A stretch of DNA of 60,477 nucleotides, counting the filler, from Sphacelaria rigidula (taxonomy: Eukaryota): assembly GCA_964200075.2 (NCBI GenBank). It is 8 parts of 8 records of this genome, joined end to end, with 100 filler letters (N's around TTAATTAATTAA, not from the genome) between each part and the next. Parts side by side here need not be neighbours in the genome. Positions count along the whole stretch, not along the records: positions 1 to 7,473 come from CAXNAA020014767.1; positions 7,574 to 15,046 come from CAXNAA020014768.1; 6 more parts are not named here. One strand, 5' to 3'. Positions 1 to 13,337 of this stretch are shown one piece after another (positions within the stretch are counted from its first letter, which is position 1; every line of letters begins with the position of its first letter). Made by a program: the position numbers and the translations under genes. The notes under the pieces were generated by a model, which was given only the letters and a program-made list of their open reading frames with translations, was not told where the DNA came from and ran no database searches.

Positions 1-56
1 GTTTTGGGCTTGAGCCTCATCTCGAAGTTAAACCTTAATTCGCACAATTTGTTGTT
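1..56 (+). repeat. Short dispersed repeat at the start of fragment 1; inverted copy at the end of fragment 8
   Basis: GTTTTGGGCTTGAGCCTCATCTCGAAGTTAAACCTTAATTCGCACAATTTGTTGTT matches the reverse complement of ~60418-60473 with about 5 substitutions. Confidence 0.9.
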
Positions 57-437
57 CCAAGATTATTGTGTTATGTGGGGTATATCAAGAAGAGGTGATG
101 TTCGGTTGGCGTACTAAGCCATACCGGAATGTGTACCGGAAATTCCGGTTTTGGCAGGGTATCGAGCCATGTTCTGGAATATTCCTGTACACCGGACCGC
201 AGTAGTAGTAGCAGCAGCAGTATTAGTAGGTGGTGTTGTCGATGTTGTCGTAAAAAGGTGAAATTTATTCTCAAATTATTTGCTGTCTTTGGTTCCTTTT
301 TTTGTAGTCGGTCGATTCTACAATAATAATATATGTTCATCTCTATTTCTATGTGTTGCGTGTTCCTCTATACATCACCCCTGCTCTTCCGACGTGACAC
401 AACGCGGCACGTATAGTAGTAGTAGGTGATCATCAGC

Positions 438-1020
438 AACATGTTCGTGAGATTAGGGACATGATGTTTTCTCGGAACAGGAGGTTTTCGTGATTCACAC
501 CAAGGTCGTCGAATCGTCCGAAACGGCTGTCACTAGACCTTTGCTCTGTGTGCTTTCGCATAATTCGCATAAAATACTGTATACGTCTTTGTCGGTCTCG
601 CACACGAAAATCAAGTGAAATGTAACGCCTCGACGGGGTTCCGCTGCAAAATGACTCTCTTATGAACAAGACGCATAATTTTTGAGGGAAAAACGCATAG
701 AGGGCAAAGACTGGCCGTCACTCCGCTGAAAGCCAGTGATTTGTGACTGAAGATAATGGTGCACACGGACGTGAAATCGACGTGGTCAGTGCAGAGTTAC
801 GAGGGAAAATATGTCAAGAAAAAATGAAAAAAACACATTTCCGGCCCAACTCCACGGAAGGAGCGTCACCGATTTGAAATCTGATTGCGCCGAAATTCCC
901 TTCAGATCACGGACTTTCAAGGGTGGCGGTTGCTTCGGACGATTCGACGGTCTTGGTGTAGCTCACGCAAAACCTCACGTTCCGAAAGAATATCCACTCG
1001 CAATCTCATGAATACTTTGT
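438..1020. mobile_element. MITE-like element with ~85-bp imperfect terminal inverted repeats
   Basis: ~440-524 (TTCGTGAGATT...CACCAAGGTCGTCGAATCGTCCGAA) is the imperfect reverse complement of ~932-1016 (TTCGGACGATTCGACGGTCTTGGTG...AATCTCATGAA). No TSD resolved. Confidence 0.6.
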
Positions 1021-3019
1021 TTAGTTTAGTCCATCACTCTACGAGTATATTATTGATATTCAGCAGGGTCAGCAGCGGTGAGAGTACACCACACACCACA
1101 ATATCATCCTCGATGTGTGTTTGTTCCGTTCAAATATTATTATCGTTGATACCGTACTGTAGTGGCTGGGCAATCATCATTCGTTGCACGGACACAACAG
1201 AATAAAGTGAAAAGGTGCACACCGCCGAGACGTTTGGCTGCGCCGATCAAGTATCCACCTGTCAATCGTGCTGTACCGGGCTGTCCGGATAATTTCAAAG
1301 GAGCAGTCTGATACTACTACAGCATGCATGTCTACGATACAACTTGACGACTCACTGTCTGTACAGTACCGTTGCACAAGTACCGCTGCTTCACTACAAG
1401 TGCAAGTATAATAACACTCGTACTCTTGTATCTTGTATGCACTACCGTCTGTAATAGAAGGGTTTACAGGAGGCGGGGGTAATGAACGGGCGCATGGCAT
1501 GCCAAGGAGACCACTCATCGAAAATGCATCTTGCTGGAGTGTTGCCACTAAGCGCCATACTTCGATAGTAAACACGCATGCTCACGAGCGCCCATATCGT
1601 CAGCAACAACAAAGAGATGTGGTGCCTTTCTCATGACGGTTGTCATCTGATTTGTACTTCGTAACGGTACCCTGATACAAGCAGTCTCTATGGCATCATG
1701 TCATAGACTCAGCCCATTTGTCGTTGGTTATACCCCCACTTGTCGCATACGCCAAAGCATGATAATGGTGTATCCAGAGATCGGGAGGGCTTTAGGGCTT
1801 GGCACAAGTAGACACTCACCACTACTGTCGTTGTATGTGTGATATACAGCTGTTAGAGACGGGTTTGGGCGAAACCGGTGACAAAAAAGGCACTACGGTC
1901 GAAGGACGGCAAAGAAGGAAAAAAAACCGTTCGAGTCCCAGCAGTCCATCGGAAATACTTCACTTCGTTTATACGTTTTGTATCGGTCATGTGTATGCGG
2001 TGCTCCTCCTGGATAAAGGGTATCTTTCCGTGGTCACGGCCTTGGACCATACAGCAAATGACTCGCAGCGGACAACATGCTACACGGGCGCAAACCACCG
2101 CCACATCTCTCAGAATGTGAAAACAGCATGCGTACTACGTTCTCGACGGTGTCCGCTGCATCTCGCTGCCAGCTACAGATAGCGCAGTGGCCGTAACATA
2201 TTTTGCGGTAGGGAGCGTGGTTCACCTGTCAGTCGAGTTGACAGTTTCTGGAGATCCAAAACACGAAGTCAAAAACGTTGGCCAACTGCCACCCATCCCT
2301 GCGATCATGACCACACATGCCGTAAAAATACTCATCACTTTTCCTTGTTGCGGACAGCACACTGATGGTCGAACGACGGCCTAGAAAGCAAATTGCAAAA
2401 CGGTCCACCAACGAATACACTTGCGATGCAGTGTCCGCTGCTGTATACCTGCTCTGGCGCTAGTACAGACCCGAGTTATAGATACGGTAGGCAGAGGGGT
2501 AAGCCACGTCGGGGGATTGAGACCAAACGAAAAATTACGAAAGAAAAAGATGTATTCGAGCCGTTATATTCTTATTTTTTCTGCGATAGATCTGGTTCTT
2601 CACACTTCACACGACGACTTTCAAACTTATTCCGTATACCGCACACATTTGTCTTGGTCAAACACTGAAAGGGAATCATTTGATTAGACGAAGATGTAAC
2701 ACGCCGGGGGAATCTCGCGAGATTTCACCCATCGTCTTTTTTCAGAACAGTACAAAAAACAGTTACATGTTGGCCAGTTGCACACATAAGCGAGCGAGAT
2801 AGCAACACCCCCCCTCCCCCTCTCGCCACTCCGCCCCCACGAACCAGTGAAGCTGAAATTGCGATCGTCTATTTACCACCAACTGACTTCAGCAGGGACT
2901 GATTGTATTCTGTGAAGCTTCTGCGCTCATTTCCTGTACTGTGTGTGGCCAACACCATTCAGGAGAGGCGGGGATCACCACCACGTTTGTTTCGGATTCG
3001 ACTGTCCTACACACACAAT

Positions 3020-3151
3020 ATGACTTGGGCATCTTCAGCTATCGTGTTGGCGGGACTTGTGGCATCTGCCTCAGCCCATCCCTACCCAGCGTGTGAACCC
3101 TGCGACGCCGTCACCCAAGCCGACCTGAACGCGCTGACCGCGAGCGGCAAG
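3020..3151 (+). CDS. First coding exon of a putative secreted protein, family unknown
   Basis: ATG at 3020; MTWASSAIVLAGLVASASA|HPYPACEPCDAVTQADLNALTASGK has a hydrophobic signal peptide ending A-S-A; strong AAG|GTAAGC donor at 3152, phase 0. Downstream exons not identified. Confidence 0.6.
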
Positions 3152-5145
3152 GTAAGCAAGAGCAGTCGCGTTGTCGTCGTGGTGTACTTATCGTGTTGTT
3201 GTCGTCCTTTACCAGGGGATAAACTGTTGACTGTACAGCATCTCTGAGAACAGGGTTGGTGAGATTTTCTGTGTAGGGGGAAAACTTGTCTGTGAAAAAT
3301 TGCCGGGCGGCATTTTGCACGTATTCGTGCGGATTAGCAACGCCACATCGTTTATATAGGTTTCCTTGGGGGAACTTGCTCCTATAACTTTCAATATTGG
3401 CTGTTGTTCCAGATTAGATAGATATGTGCTTGAAAACTTGACTGTACAGAGGACATCGTTCCGTATTTCCTTGATCATGTTACCGTTGATGTCCCTACAT
3501 TTCGAACTCGAGACCCCCGGTATTTTCAAATATTTCGCCCCAGGATGTATCGTCTGGGCAATTTGCAGATTTATCAGGTGAAAGCGATGCCGATGAAACA
3601 AATGGCTTACCCTCGCGGTGAATGAGTAAGCAGTAAGTCATCGTTCAGTATACCGGGAACGTCGATTTTGAGACACCTCTTCAGAGCAGCGATTACAGGT
3701 ACCCTTACCCTTCCTGGTCGGCTGTTGGAACATGAGAGGACATGAAGATACCTGTGTTTGTATGTGTGAACTTTCATACGTGAATATTGTATCATGAACA
3801 CCAAACAGAAGAACATCAAAAGTTCAAAGATACGGGAAAGAGTCATGATTTCGCTGAGCGTGTGCTTGGAGAATCGACCTCACGCACGGTGATCGGTCTT
3901 GTATCACGTCGCAACTTTTTTCGGATCGTGTTGCACCTTTTCCGTATTACATGTAGTTCAAACTTGAGAGTATTTGTCGGGGGAAAGAAAGGTGAGGTCG
4001 TGTCTTGACCGAAAAAAGCGAGGAACGACACATCAAGCGTCAGAAAGCAGCACATAGTCATGGTTGCGACTAATTGACATGCTTCTTGTGGACGGCTGTT
4101 CCTCGCTTCTTTTTCTGACTCTAGACAACTCATCTTTTGAGAAAAAATCGCGTTTTTCGGATCACGAAGCAGCGGCCCGAGATCAAATGTTTTGGGGAAC
4201 ACAACCAGCGATACAAAATCTACATTCATGCAGTGATCCACATTGCAACACAAGGGACTCTCGTCTGGCTCCATTCTGAGCGAAATTGAACGAAGTACTA
4301 ATTTTCTTTATTTTGGTAATGTGTCTGGTAAGGAATAGCAAGGACGGTATTGGGAAGGCGAGCCTACGTCTGTGACCACGGGTTCGCGAGATCGGACTAG
4401 TGTGCGGAAATAATAATGATAATCAACCAACCTCTCTCCGATATTCCCATCCTGACAAACTTTCTGTCATCACGCCGAACTAATTTCAAAAACACACCAA
4501 CGGTTTGGTACTTTCCTGAAAAAATCAAGATATCAACCGTGGAGATAAGAAATAGTTTCCAACTGCAGTAGTAATTGTTCGATACTAGATGAGCGTGTAT
4601 TCCGTCCCAGCCTAGTGTGGTCATGTAACGCTTGGAAGCCGGTGCACTTTGCAGAAACCCCTCGTGTCTTGATGATTTTGCGGAGCTGCCCATCGTCTCT
4701 TCGATCCTTTGATGGCCAGGGTAGGTCTCTGGATGTTGCAATTATCATAGATGCAGATTCAGCAGATGATTCACCCTGGCGAGGACTTCCGGCTTCCGGT
4801 ATTAGATCTCTCCATGCGAGTGGATCGTGGTTGACGCACTGTACACAGTTTCGGAATACATTTTTGCCACGATGCCTGTCTCGAGGCAAGGGGGAACTGT
4901 CACGTTTCCACAATTGGAGTTTGCCGTTGATCCCGCTGGGGCCGGCTCGTCGTTGTTTTCATCATTACTCGTGTGGCGGAATCATAGCGTGCTGTACCAA
5001 GTGCATCCATACATTTGAACGATGCTCCAGCCTTGCTGTCGGCAGTGACAATGATGGTTGTGTGGTGCACGCCACTTCCGTGCATATAATCTACTGCTGT
5101 ACCGTACGCGTGTCGATGTTCTCGCGGGAACTACTTCAACATATC

Positions 5146-5405
5146 CACGGTTAGGACGAATCATCACAACTACGAATCACCAAATCCACGATTGATTTCT
5201 TCGGCCTGATTGCCCAAAAGGGAGAAAAAAATTGACCGCTTGTCCAAGGGGTATCCATGCCACGTTTGCGCCAATCCACGTGTCTGCGTGTACCTACCTG
5301 GGCTGCAACGCTGAAATCAAAGCCTAGGGATTGATTCATACGAGTCGAATCAAAAATACTAAAACCGAGTAATTTCCAGACGCATCATTATTTGTCCGAC
5401 CCTTG
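5146..5405. mobile_element. hAT-type MITE (~260 bp)
   Basis: Termini CACGGTTAGGACGAATCAT / ATTATTTGTCCGACCCTTG form an imperfect TIR; 8-bp flanks AACATATC / AACATTTC (TSD, 1 mismatch); related copies at ~7595-7672 and ~55870-56128 (inverted). Confidence 0.75.
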
Positions 5406-7473
5406 AACATTTCCCTATACAGTCATACCCTTGGATGCTGGTCAACGGAGCATGTACTCCTATAACAGTGGAGCACAACGCACATCTTGAAGCCCAGCAA
5501 GGCAAAGCTACCACTAGTAGTCCGGGCAAATTTGGCGAGGCGTGAGATGAATATTTCTACTTTGGCTACAGGCTGTCGCTACCGTGCACTCGTGTATTGT
5601 ACATAGATAGATCTGTGTGAACGTTACCGGCATCCGAGGTCATCGGGACAGGGCGGGCAAGGAGCTGAAGAAAATATACGAACCTCGCAAAGCGCGCCAG
5701 ACTTTTCGGTATTTGCCAGTGTTCGTCGATAATTTTTTTCAACAATTTCAACGAAAAAGCCGAAAAAATCACAAAAATAATCCAAACAGTAATCTAAAAA
5801 ATGATGGCAATTTACGAAAAATTGTCGTCCGGGAGGGGGGCAGGGGGAGGGCTCCGTGCCCGAATTTTTCTCGACATCCCCTTGGCCTAGCTTAATTTCT
5901 TAGTTTCGTTTTTGGCGCCAAACGTTCTCCTACCTCCCATAAGAAGTGGAGGTTTAGGGACACCGTCTACACCACTATAATATACCCTGAATATACCCCC
6001 TTCGTAAGAAACGTTTCCGCGGGTCTGTGAGCCCGGACATCATGTAAGTTGGGCAGGCCAAGAAACTAGGATTCGCTGATATCACCTCTCACCAATTTGA
6101 GTTGGGGCTATAATGTTCGACAAGCTATTCGTTGGGAATTCGCCTCCCCACACGCTCCCAAGTCCTACTGACGGACCTTTAAAATGTACCTTCAGGCAGG
6201 CTACCCTCGAGAATGAACAGCCATGGGAAACAGCAAGACCACAGACCAAGGACAAAATCAACATTATTATTGTGTTGTCAGTACAGAACAGTAGATTGTT
6301 TTCAAGATGCTGCTCCTTACTCCCTTCGCTGAGGTAGTATTCGATTTGGTCATCTGTTTGTACTGTAGTTAAATTTATAACTTTCCCTGAGCATCTTCGG
6401 TCGAATAATATCATACCCAAGTGATCCTCGTACTCTATCCGCGGCCGTCTTTCCCCCAATGTTGACCGGATTTCGGTCAGAGGAAGGTTGTTGGGTGTAG
6501 ATAGTAATAAACGTTCTTCGCTGCACTCAAAAGCTTTCTGTTCTGAGAACGCGGTCGGACAGTCTCGCGGACAAGCAACAATCACCGGACATGGGTGTCG
6601 GACACCATGGGCACGCACGTGGATAATAAAGAACGAGAGTAGAAAACGAATAGCGGCCAAGGGTGAGATCGGACTCAAACCCTCCTGATCTCTACGTGAG
6701 CGTTGTGTTTTCCAACAAAATAAGTACTCTGAACCCCCCCGGAATAGCCAGGCTATTGGAAGTCTACTTGAACGGCCCAGCGCTGTACGGGCTGAGGCAT
6801 GATAGCTTACAAAACAAAATCCATGGGAAGCATGATGACGGGTCGCCGCGGTACCACCCCGCTTCGCCGAACACAAATCCCGAGCTTTGGTGATCATTAC
6901 AACAGAAGTTGAGCTGTTGGCCAAACGTACACAGAGGTGCCATGGCCGTTGTTGCGGTGCACGCCTGTCGCACAGCACAGACCATAATCACGGCTACACA
7001 TGAAGTTCTCGTGTATGCGTTTTCGGTACTGGTCGCCGAAACGTCCCAGAATCGGCGGCGCGCCGATGCTCGTTTGTCCGCTCGACGTCACTTTGCCATG
7101 ACGTGATTGATTTTGATTTGGTTGATTGTCGCACTTTAACTGACTACCCATGGGTCCAGTTGTGGTCGCATGATAGACGTACCCGAGAAAAGCAGAACTG
7201 AAACACTCGCTCGAGAAAAGGATGGGCAGAAAAAAGTCGAACTCACCGACATCGTAGACGTGTTCTTCTTTAGAAGCCAAATTTAACTGTTCGATCCGGC
7301 GGGCAGCAAGAGTACATATATTCCACGATGGAAGCACATCAGCTGTGTCTCTCACAGACGACGGGTTCATGCAATACATGAGGTTTCCTAACCTTTTATC
7401 TCTCCACAACTCCAACGAACCCCCCGCCCCCCCAAATACCCCCCCACCACCGCCCGACCCGCACCCCCGCACC

Positions 7474-7573
7474 NNNNNNNNNNNNNNNNNNNNNNNNNNN
7501 NNNNNNNNNNNNNNNNNTTAATTAATTAANNNNNNNNNNNNNNNNNNNNNNNNNNNNNNNNNNNNNNNNNNNN
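7474..7573. other. Artificial 100-nt contig spacer N44-TTAATTAATTAA-N44
   Basis: Six-frame stop linker inside Ns; same motif at six other sites with ~7.57 kb spacing. Confidence 0.97.
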
Positions 7574-8011
7574 GTAACGCTGAAATGAGTCATGGGGATT
7601 AATTCATCACGAGTCAACTTACTACACTAACCAAGTAATTCCCTGACGAATCATTATTTGTCCTAACCGTGTAACGGTTGACATATGATGCGCAACTCAA
7701 TTTGAGGAGTTAAAAACCGAATTTTTCACGCGAGATTCGCATTATGAACACGCGGAACATTTCTCAAGCAACTCAGGAAAAGAAAAAAAAGAAGAAAACC
7801 AGCAGAAATTCGGAGCGATTTGAAATTGCAGCAAAAACTTGTTAAAGCCATGATAGCTCCATGAGAGAAAGTAAAAGGAATCAAGGGCTGCTTCGGTCAC
7901 AAGTTTTTCATCTGCGCGCCGAAAATCCTTGCAAACTTCCGACCCAAAACTCCTAAAATTGGGCTGCGCGTGGAACGTTTTGTGCGACACCGCCATGCCC
8001 CGGCGGTCTCA

Positions 8012-8014
<3 letters not shown>

Positions 8015-8045
<31 letters not shown>
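8015..8045. repeat. (TA)n microsatellite
   Basis: Direct reading. Confidence 0.9.
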
Positions 8046-8047
<2 letters not shown>

Positions 8048-8478
8048 AGAGCCTCGACTAATGGAGGTCACACACCCAAATAGTGAGGTTGAAATAGATG
8101 AGCCAGCCGCAATCTGTTCCCTCGGCTTTTTGTTTTTTCAAGATTGGGTATGAGTGAGGTGGTTGCGCAAGACCTTTCAACCGAAGCCATGTGGCAAAGG
8201 CCGGTAGGTGGTTTCGGCCCCTTCGCACGAGCTTCTGCCAAAAAAGTGCGCGAAACTGGTCTTTCTCGCCTCGGTGTGGGTCGGGCTTTTCTCCAAGGCT
8301 TTTCAAAAGCACTTTTCCACTTTCCCTGGAGGCCGAATTGCAGAAAATCACCGTCTGCACCCTTTTTTTTCCAACCGTGAAGAAGAGCAATCAATATCAG
8401 GGATGGGATCGAGAAAATGGGCTGCAGCCCAGTCCCAGTTGGATACTTGTTTGTGCCTGTGCTCGTTGTATCTGACAG

Positions 8479-11400
8479 TTGTCTCGGAGGTCCTCTCCCA
8501 TGAAGAAGCTGCTGGCGAGCTTGATGCCATCTCGCAGAATTACCCGAAGTGCACTCTTCACTGTGCGTGTCAAAGTTGTCACATGCCCGGTGCGATGTAA
8601 AAGTCTATCGTAATTCCACCGCATTATATTTTTTAAGAGACCCTCAACACGTGATCACACCACGAAATGAGATGCACCCGGTACTCAATGCAGTACAAGA
8701 ACGTCATCGCCAAAGCTACGCTAATCGAACAGCGAGGGGACCGTGCACGAGCCAGGTTGGTCCGTAGTTGACAGCCATGTGCTCACATCGGGATGATTCG
8801 GGAAACTGAAAAAGTTGTTGTGTACCTGTGGGCTGCACGTTTTACGGGTGGCCCAGCTCGTAGTGTCTCTCGGAAATAAAATGGTTTAACAAAAATACCC
8901 CCTCCATTTACTCCATTTTTTTTTTTCGTGCGATCATGACAGGTGGGTCACAGCCCGGAGTTCGATTCGGTGATGGGATGCACGATTGATATGGAGCAGC
9001 AGTACTGCAAACTGGAAGGGATCAGAGAGTTGGAGCCGTGGTGCAACACTGTTGATGTGAGTGAAGCAAAATGGAGAGCCGGTGACTGGAAGGCGCAGTT
9101 GATGGTCGCCACCGATCACCACACCTAACCCCGAGTGCTGTACGAGTAGAGAGCGGCCAGTCCTATTCTGGATATGACTGCAATAGCCGGAGCAGTAGCG
9201 GCTTCATGTGCTGCCTACTGAGTAGTGTACTAAGCTCGCCTTCATGTCGCAGTTCGGTACAGTTTGTGGATGCAGATGGTGTTCGTTGAGTGCCGGCTGC
9301 GACAGGATTTGCCTAAACGGAAGCCACGCGCAGGTCTCTGGCGCTGCAGCAGAATACTGAGGCTCAAGTGCAACCAATTCTTCGCAGAATGTACAAATCA
9401 GGCTTTTCGGTGCCTATCGTGCGTTGGTAGGCCGTGTTGGCCAAACCAGTAGACCTAAGGAAATGTACGTAAGCAATGGTTGGTACTCTATTTTACTTGA
9501 TTTCAGAATCAAGACAGTTCTGAGAAAATTCATGGTCTGGGGCAGGTGATCAGTGGTCTGCAGTAGACCCAGCTCGTCCAGAACGTGTTTTGGTCCGGAA
9601 TCAGCTGAAAGGCGTCGATTTGAGCTCTGGCATCGCACACGTTCTCAAGGGAACACTCTGCACCCCCTTGCCCGAGGGTTCTCGGTATGCCTTGTTCGAG
9701 GTTAGGGTTAGGGTTAGCGTTAGAATTGGCGGCATCTCCATAGTACCAACCATTGTTCACGTACATTTCCTCAGGTCGCCTCGGCCGAACAGCGGATGTG
9801 CTAAAATCTGTGCGGACAGACTGTGAGAAGAGTAGTGTTGGAGAGGGGAAAAAACATATTTTCTCAAACTTGTGTCTTGTGATGAAAAGAGAAGGCATAC
9901 ACGGAGGACTGAAAGAGAAGGGAGAACGAGGTTTGCTTTGGCCGTGTTCAGTGAACAGCTACGATAATGCACATGATTAGTTCCACTACATGGTTCACGA
10001 TGGACGATCAAGGAGGGACACCGTGGCGATGAACGTTTTTTTTGTTTCTCGTCCCCTCTCTTCCACGACGTTCCTGCTTCTTTTTTTTTTCCTTTTTTTT
10101 TTTTCACCAGGCGTGTTCTCTCAGCCACATCAATTTCGCTGATCCGAAATGCTGGCCTGAGAGCTGCCCTATGCAGAACCAGGGCTGCCAGCTGGTCAGC
10201 GCGTGCCTTGATCCCGAGATCTTCAAGGTAATAATGCTCACCTGCGTTCGCATTTTTTTTTGTTTCCGACCGATGTGTTCGTACGATTTTCTGGGCCCGC
10301 AGTCATCGGATGCATTCAAACCGTGATCGATTCAAATCCCGGAAGCAAGAAGGATTGCTGCTGTTCACCGAAACCATCAACTGTGTGTCCACTTCTATAG
10401 TCGTCGTGATGAGGAGGGCGTGCATGAACACCACACGCGCGCGTACGTGAACTCGAAGAGACAAGCTTGTTGAGGTCACACTACAGTAGCACTTGGTCGA
10501 ATGAATCTTTTAAGACCTTCCCCGGAAATTCATGATTTCGAACTAACGCTAGCTCTAACCCCCACCCAAGGCATACCGATAACCCTTGGGCAAGAAGGGG
10601 TGCACAGGGTGGGTGCCCTAGGCGAAGTGTCCATTGGCAAATCTCAAATCGGCGCCGGTGACATCGATCTGGACGAAAACCCATTCTGCGTATGCTACAG
10701 GCTGGTTCATGGTGAACACCACCGCGAATACACTTATCCGCATATCCTCACGCATGCTTTTGAAGTTAGACTGTGAAAATTCGCACACATGTACTTGACG
10801 TCAAGACGAATTTTTTTCTGAGGACGTTTTTTTTTTTTTCCTTTATTTTCACCGGTTGTCGGGGTTCCCAGGGATTGTGAGAAATTGGGGGATCACATGC
10901 CGTTCCGGGAGCCCTGATAATCTGTGAATTTAAGAAAAATCGAAAATCCCGTCATCAGAAAATTTCGTAGTGACCCAAAAGTATATGTGTTCAAATATTC
11001 AGAGTCTAAGTCCAAAAGTTGTGTAAAATTTTGAGTATATGTGAGCTGAAGTGTCCCGTGCCCGTGCCCGATACAATCTCCTCACTATCAATTAGCTAAT
11101 CTTGATACAGAACGACCTTTTCGACGTGGAAATGAACCCCTTGCATCAGTTTATCGATTTTCGCAAGACATTTTTTGTGTCAATATTGTCGTCCCCTCGT
11201 CCTAAAAAATCTGTTTTTCACTTTAATTGGTGTTCAAAAAATTCCTCACGACGTTTCTCAGACGTACGTCAGAACGTCGCTCACTCTCACGCAATCGTAC
11301 ACCATGCACGTTCGGAGCTTAATTTCTCCAAAAAATAAAATCCAACCATCCATCTTGTTGTAATATTTATAATTTATAATTTTATTGGATCTCACCCTGC

Positions 11401-13337
11401 TCACGAGAGACCACAGACAAGATACTATCGACCGTAACCACCAAATACACGTGTATATTGCTCAATAATGGTTCAAGCAGTTTCTCGGACCCCCTTGCCC
11501 GGGACAACGAGGTCGTCGTCTCTTGGAAACAACCCGGAACAAGTACAATTTTGATGTCTTTCTTCGAGGCATTCTGCGCCGGCTTCTTGGGGCCCAGGCG
11601 TGGAGACCCTCGGGAGCCGGTGAAGACTGGAGAAACTCGGGAATAATTTGCAAATCGTGTAAAATTTCCATGTCGATCACCAATACCCACCGAACTGCCA
11701 AGTTTGAGGGCGATCTGAGCTTTTCCGCCTCAGAATATATAAGGGAAACCGTCCGGATACATTTCCTGGCTTTTGGTGTACATCATGAGTGGAAATCTGT
11801 TGACTCCAAAACCCCACATCACCGAATTATGACAGGTTGGAACAGAGTTCGATCCAATAATAACCGTTTTCAATCATGTGTTTTCTGTCAGATTCCTGAG
11901 CTGATGGTGATTACTACGATTTGAAGCATTTGGAGAGTGGGTAAAAATTTGGTAAGGAAGTCTCATGTCTTTTTTTGTAAGACTATTTGGAGGCCGCTGA
12001 TTGGTCGAGCCACCTTTTCATCTCTGGCGGCCACCGCTACGGCCTCGAACAAAAATCTGGCTGTGTGACCCTCTTCATTTGTCCACGGCAGTCAGTGTGA
12101 TTCCATGTATGCGACCATTGGATAGATGTTGCGGAAGGGACCCGCTGAAACGTGTATTTGGGGTGCTCACCGTGAATCAATCTTTAGGCAGCACTGGTGA
12201 CAGTCAACCTCAATGAAAATCATGTTATGCGGGGTAGGAACCTCAATGCCGCGCAAAGGGGATGATCAAACTACGTAATATCTATATGGTGAGACACCCA
12301 TGAAGCAGTGTGCAACCCATGGCTGTCGGTGGAAGTGGCGCCACCACAAAATGCAGCTACTCAATTTAGGCTGTCATTTAAATGCAAGATAATCAGTATG
12401 CTTCGGGCCGAACAATCTCAGCAGGATGCAGCTCACCCTTCACGCGACTCGCCGAACACATACTGGCCCTTCGCGCTTGGTTTTTGAGTGCGGACCTGGT
12501 TTCGCGAAAACCCGGCATACTCCGTCCTGGCTTTGTAGGGGTGTGAGTTCAGTGGTCTCATGACTACGGCATGCAAGTTCGTGATAACATCCCACGATCA
12601 CCGGGCAACGATAACCGAGTGCATATACCACTACACGTTTGTGCCTTTTGTGATGGTTTGCAATGGTCCGGATCACGTAATCCCAAGACAAGGAAAAAAA
12701 TGATGATGAAACCAGGCGTTGAAAGTAGCAAATGTAGAGAGCGCGTCCTTGGGGTACCTGGGGCGTCCCGTAATTTTCGCTCCCTGCACAACACCCACGA
12801 CAGGTCAGGCTCCACGACCATGAGCTCGTTGGCTGTCTGGTCCTTCAGAAGAGGCTCAGTCTTTCTATGACCATCAACCTGTATTCGTGTGTGCACCTCG
12901 TGGTGTATCCACAAATTCAGAGCACCAGCAGAGCGCCCGCGGTATGTATCCAGTCTCACATGGGAGCTAGATAGTGCCATCACAAAAACATGTAGAAATC
13001 ACTCGTTTCGATCACCCGTGCGCAGTCATGCGCATGAAGAGAGATGAAGGTTCGAACTCGTGTCCCATTTTGGTTTCGGGTGTTGTTTTGTGTACGCGTG
13101 CGCTTTATCCAGTTGTATGCGGACGCCTATGCGGCGATGGAAGAAGGCGATGAACGGCCTACGGTGTTGACAGTAGGATACGAGTCGGATCAGCCAGCGA
13201 CGGAGCAGCTGGGGTCGAATCACCCGGAATCGAATCAGGAATCGACCGGTTTTTCAGGGAGGGGGGGAGCGGTCCCGACTCGGGGTGGGATGGAAAAGTC
13301 TTCGGAGGAGGGGAGGGGGGACGCGGTGGGGGTGTAG
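8479..13337 (+). CDS. 3' part of a spliced gene for a Cys-rich protein of unknown function (5'-partial)
   Basis: Phase-0 exons with AG/GT boundaries: 8479-8562 (LSRRSSPMKKLLASLMPSRRITRSALFT, least certain), 8943-9056 (VGHSPEFDSVMGCTIDMEQQYCKLEGIRELEPWCNTVD), 10111-10227 (ACSLSHINFADPKCWPESCPMQNQGCQLVSACLDPEIFK, after a long T tract), 13113-13337 (LYADAYAAMEEG...GDAVGV*). They join in one open frame. Confidence 0.65.
9611..9726 (-). repeat. Dispersed repeat with telomere-like (CCCTAA)n head; copies at ~10541-10657 (+) and ~26180-26307 (+)
   Basis: Plus strand shows GTTAGGGTTAGGGTTAGCGTTAG next to a core GCATACCGA..CCCTYGGG-AA..GG..CA..AGCTCAAATCG-CGCC shared (imperfectly) by three copies. Confidence 0.75.
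12215..12595 (+). repeat. Copy of ~400-bp high-copy repeat family (GAGTAC-poly(C) family), 3' end decayed
   Basis: Shares ATGGTGAGACACCCATGA..GGCTGTC..ATGCAAGATAA..CTTCGGGCCGAA..GCAGGATGCAGCTCACCCT..ATGACTACGGCATGCA with copies at 28785-29155, 29510-29860, 29965-30191 and 36325-36620. Confidence 0.85.

Noticed and set aside
6082..7472. 298-aa and 191-aa minus-strand ORFs
   Set aside because: No recognisable motif or consistent exon chain; a GTGAGT donor-like site near 7246 alone is insufficient.
3020..13337. Single secreted 10-Cys protein joining exon 3020-3151 to exons 8943 onward
   Set aside because: The phases are compatible, but the join crosses an artificial spacer between unrelated contigs.
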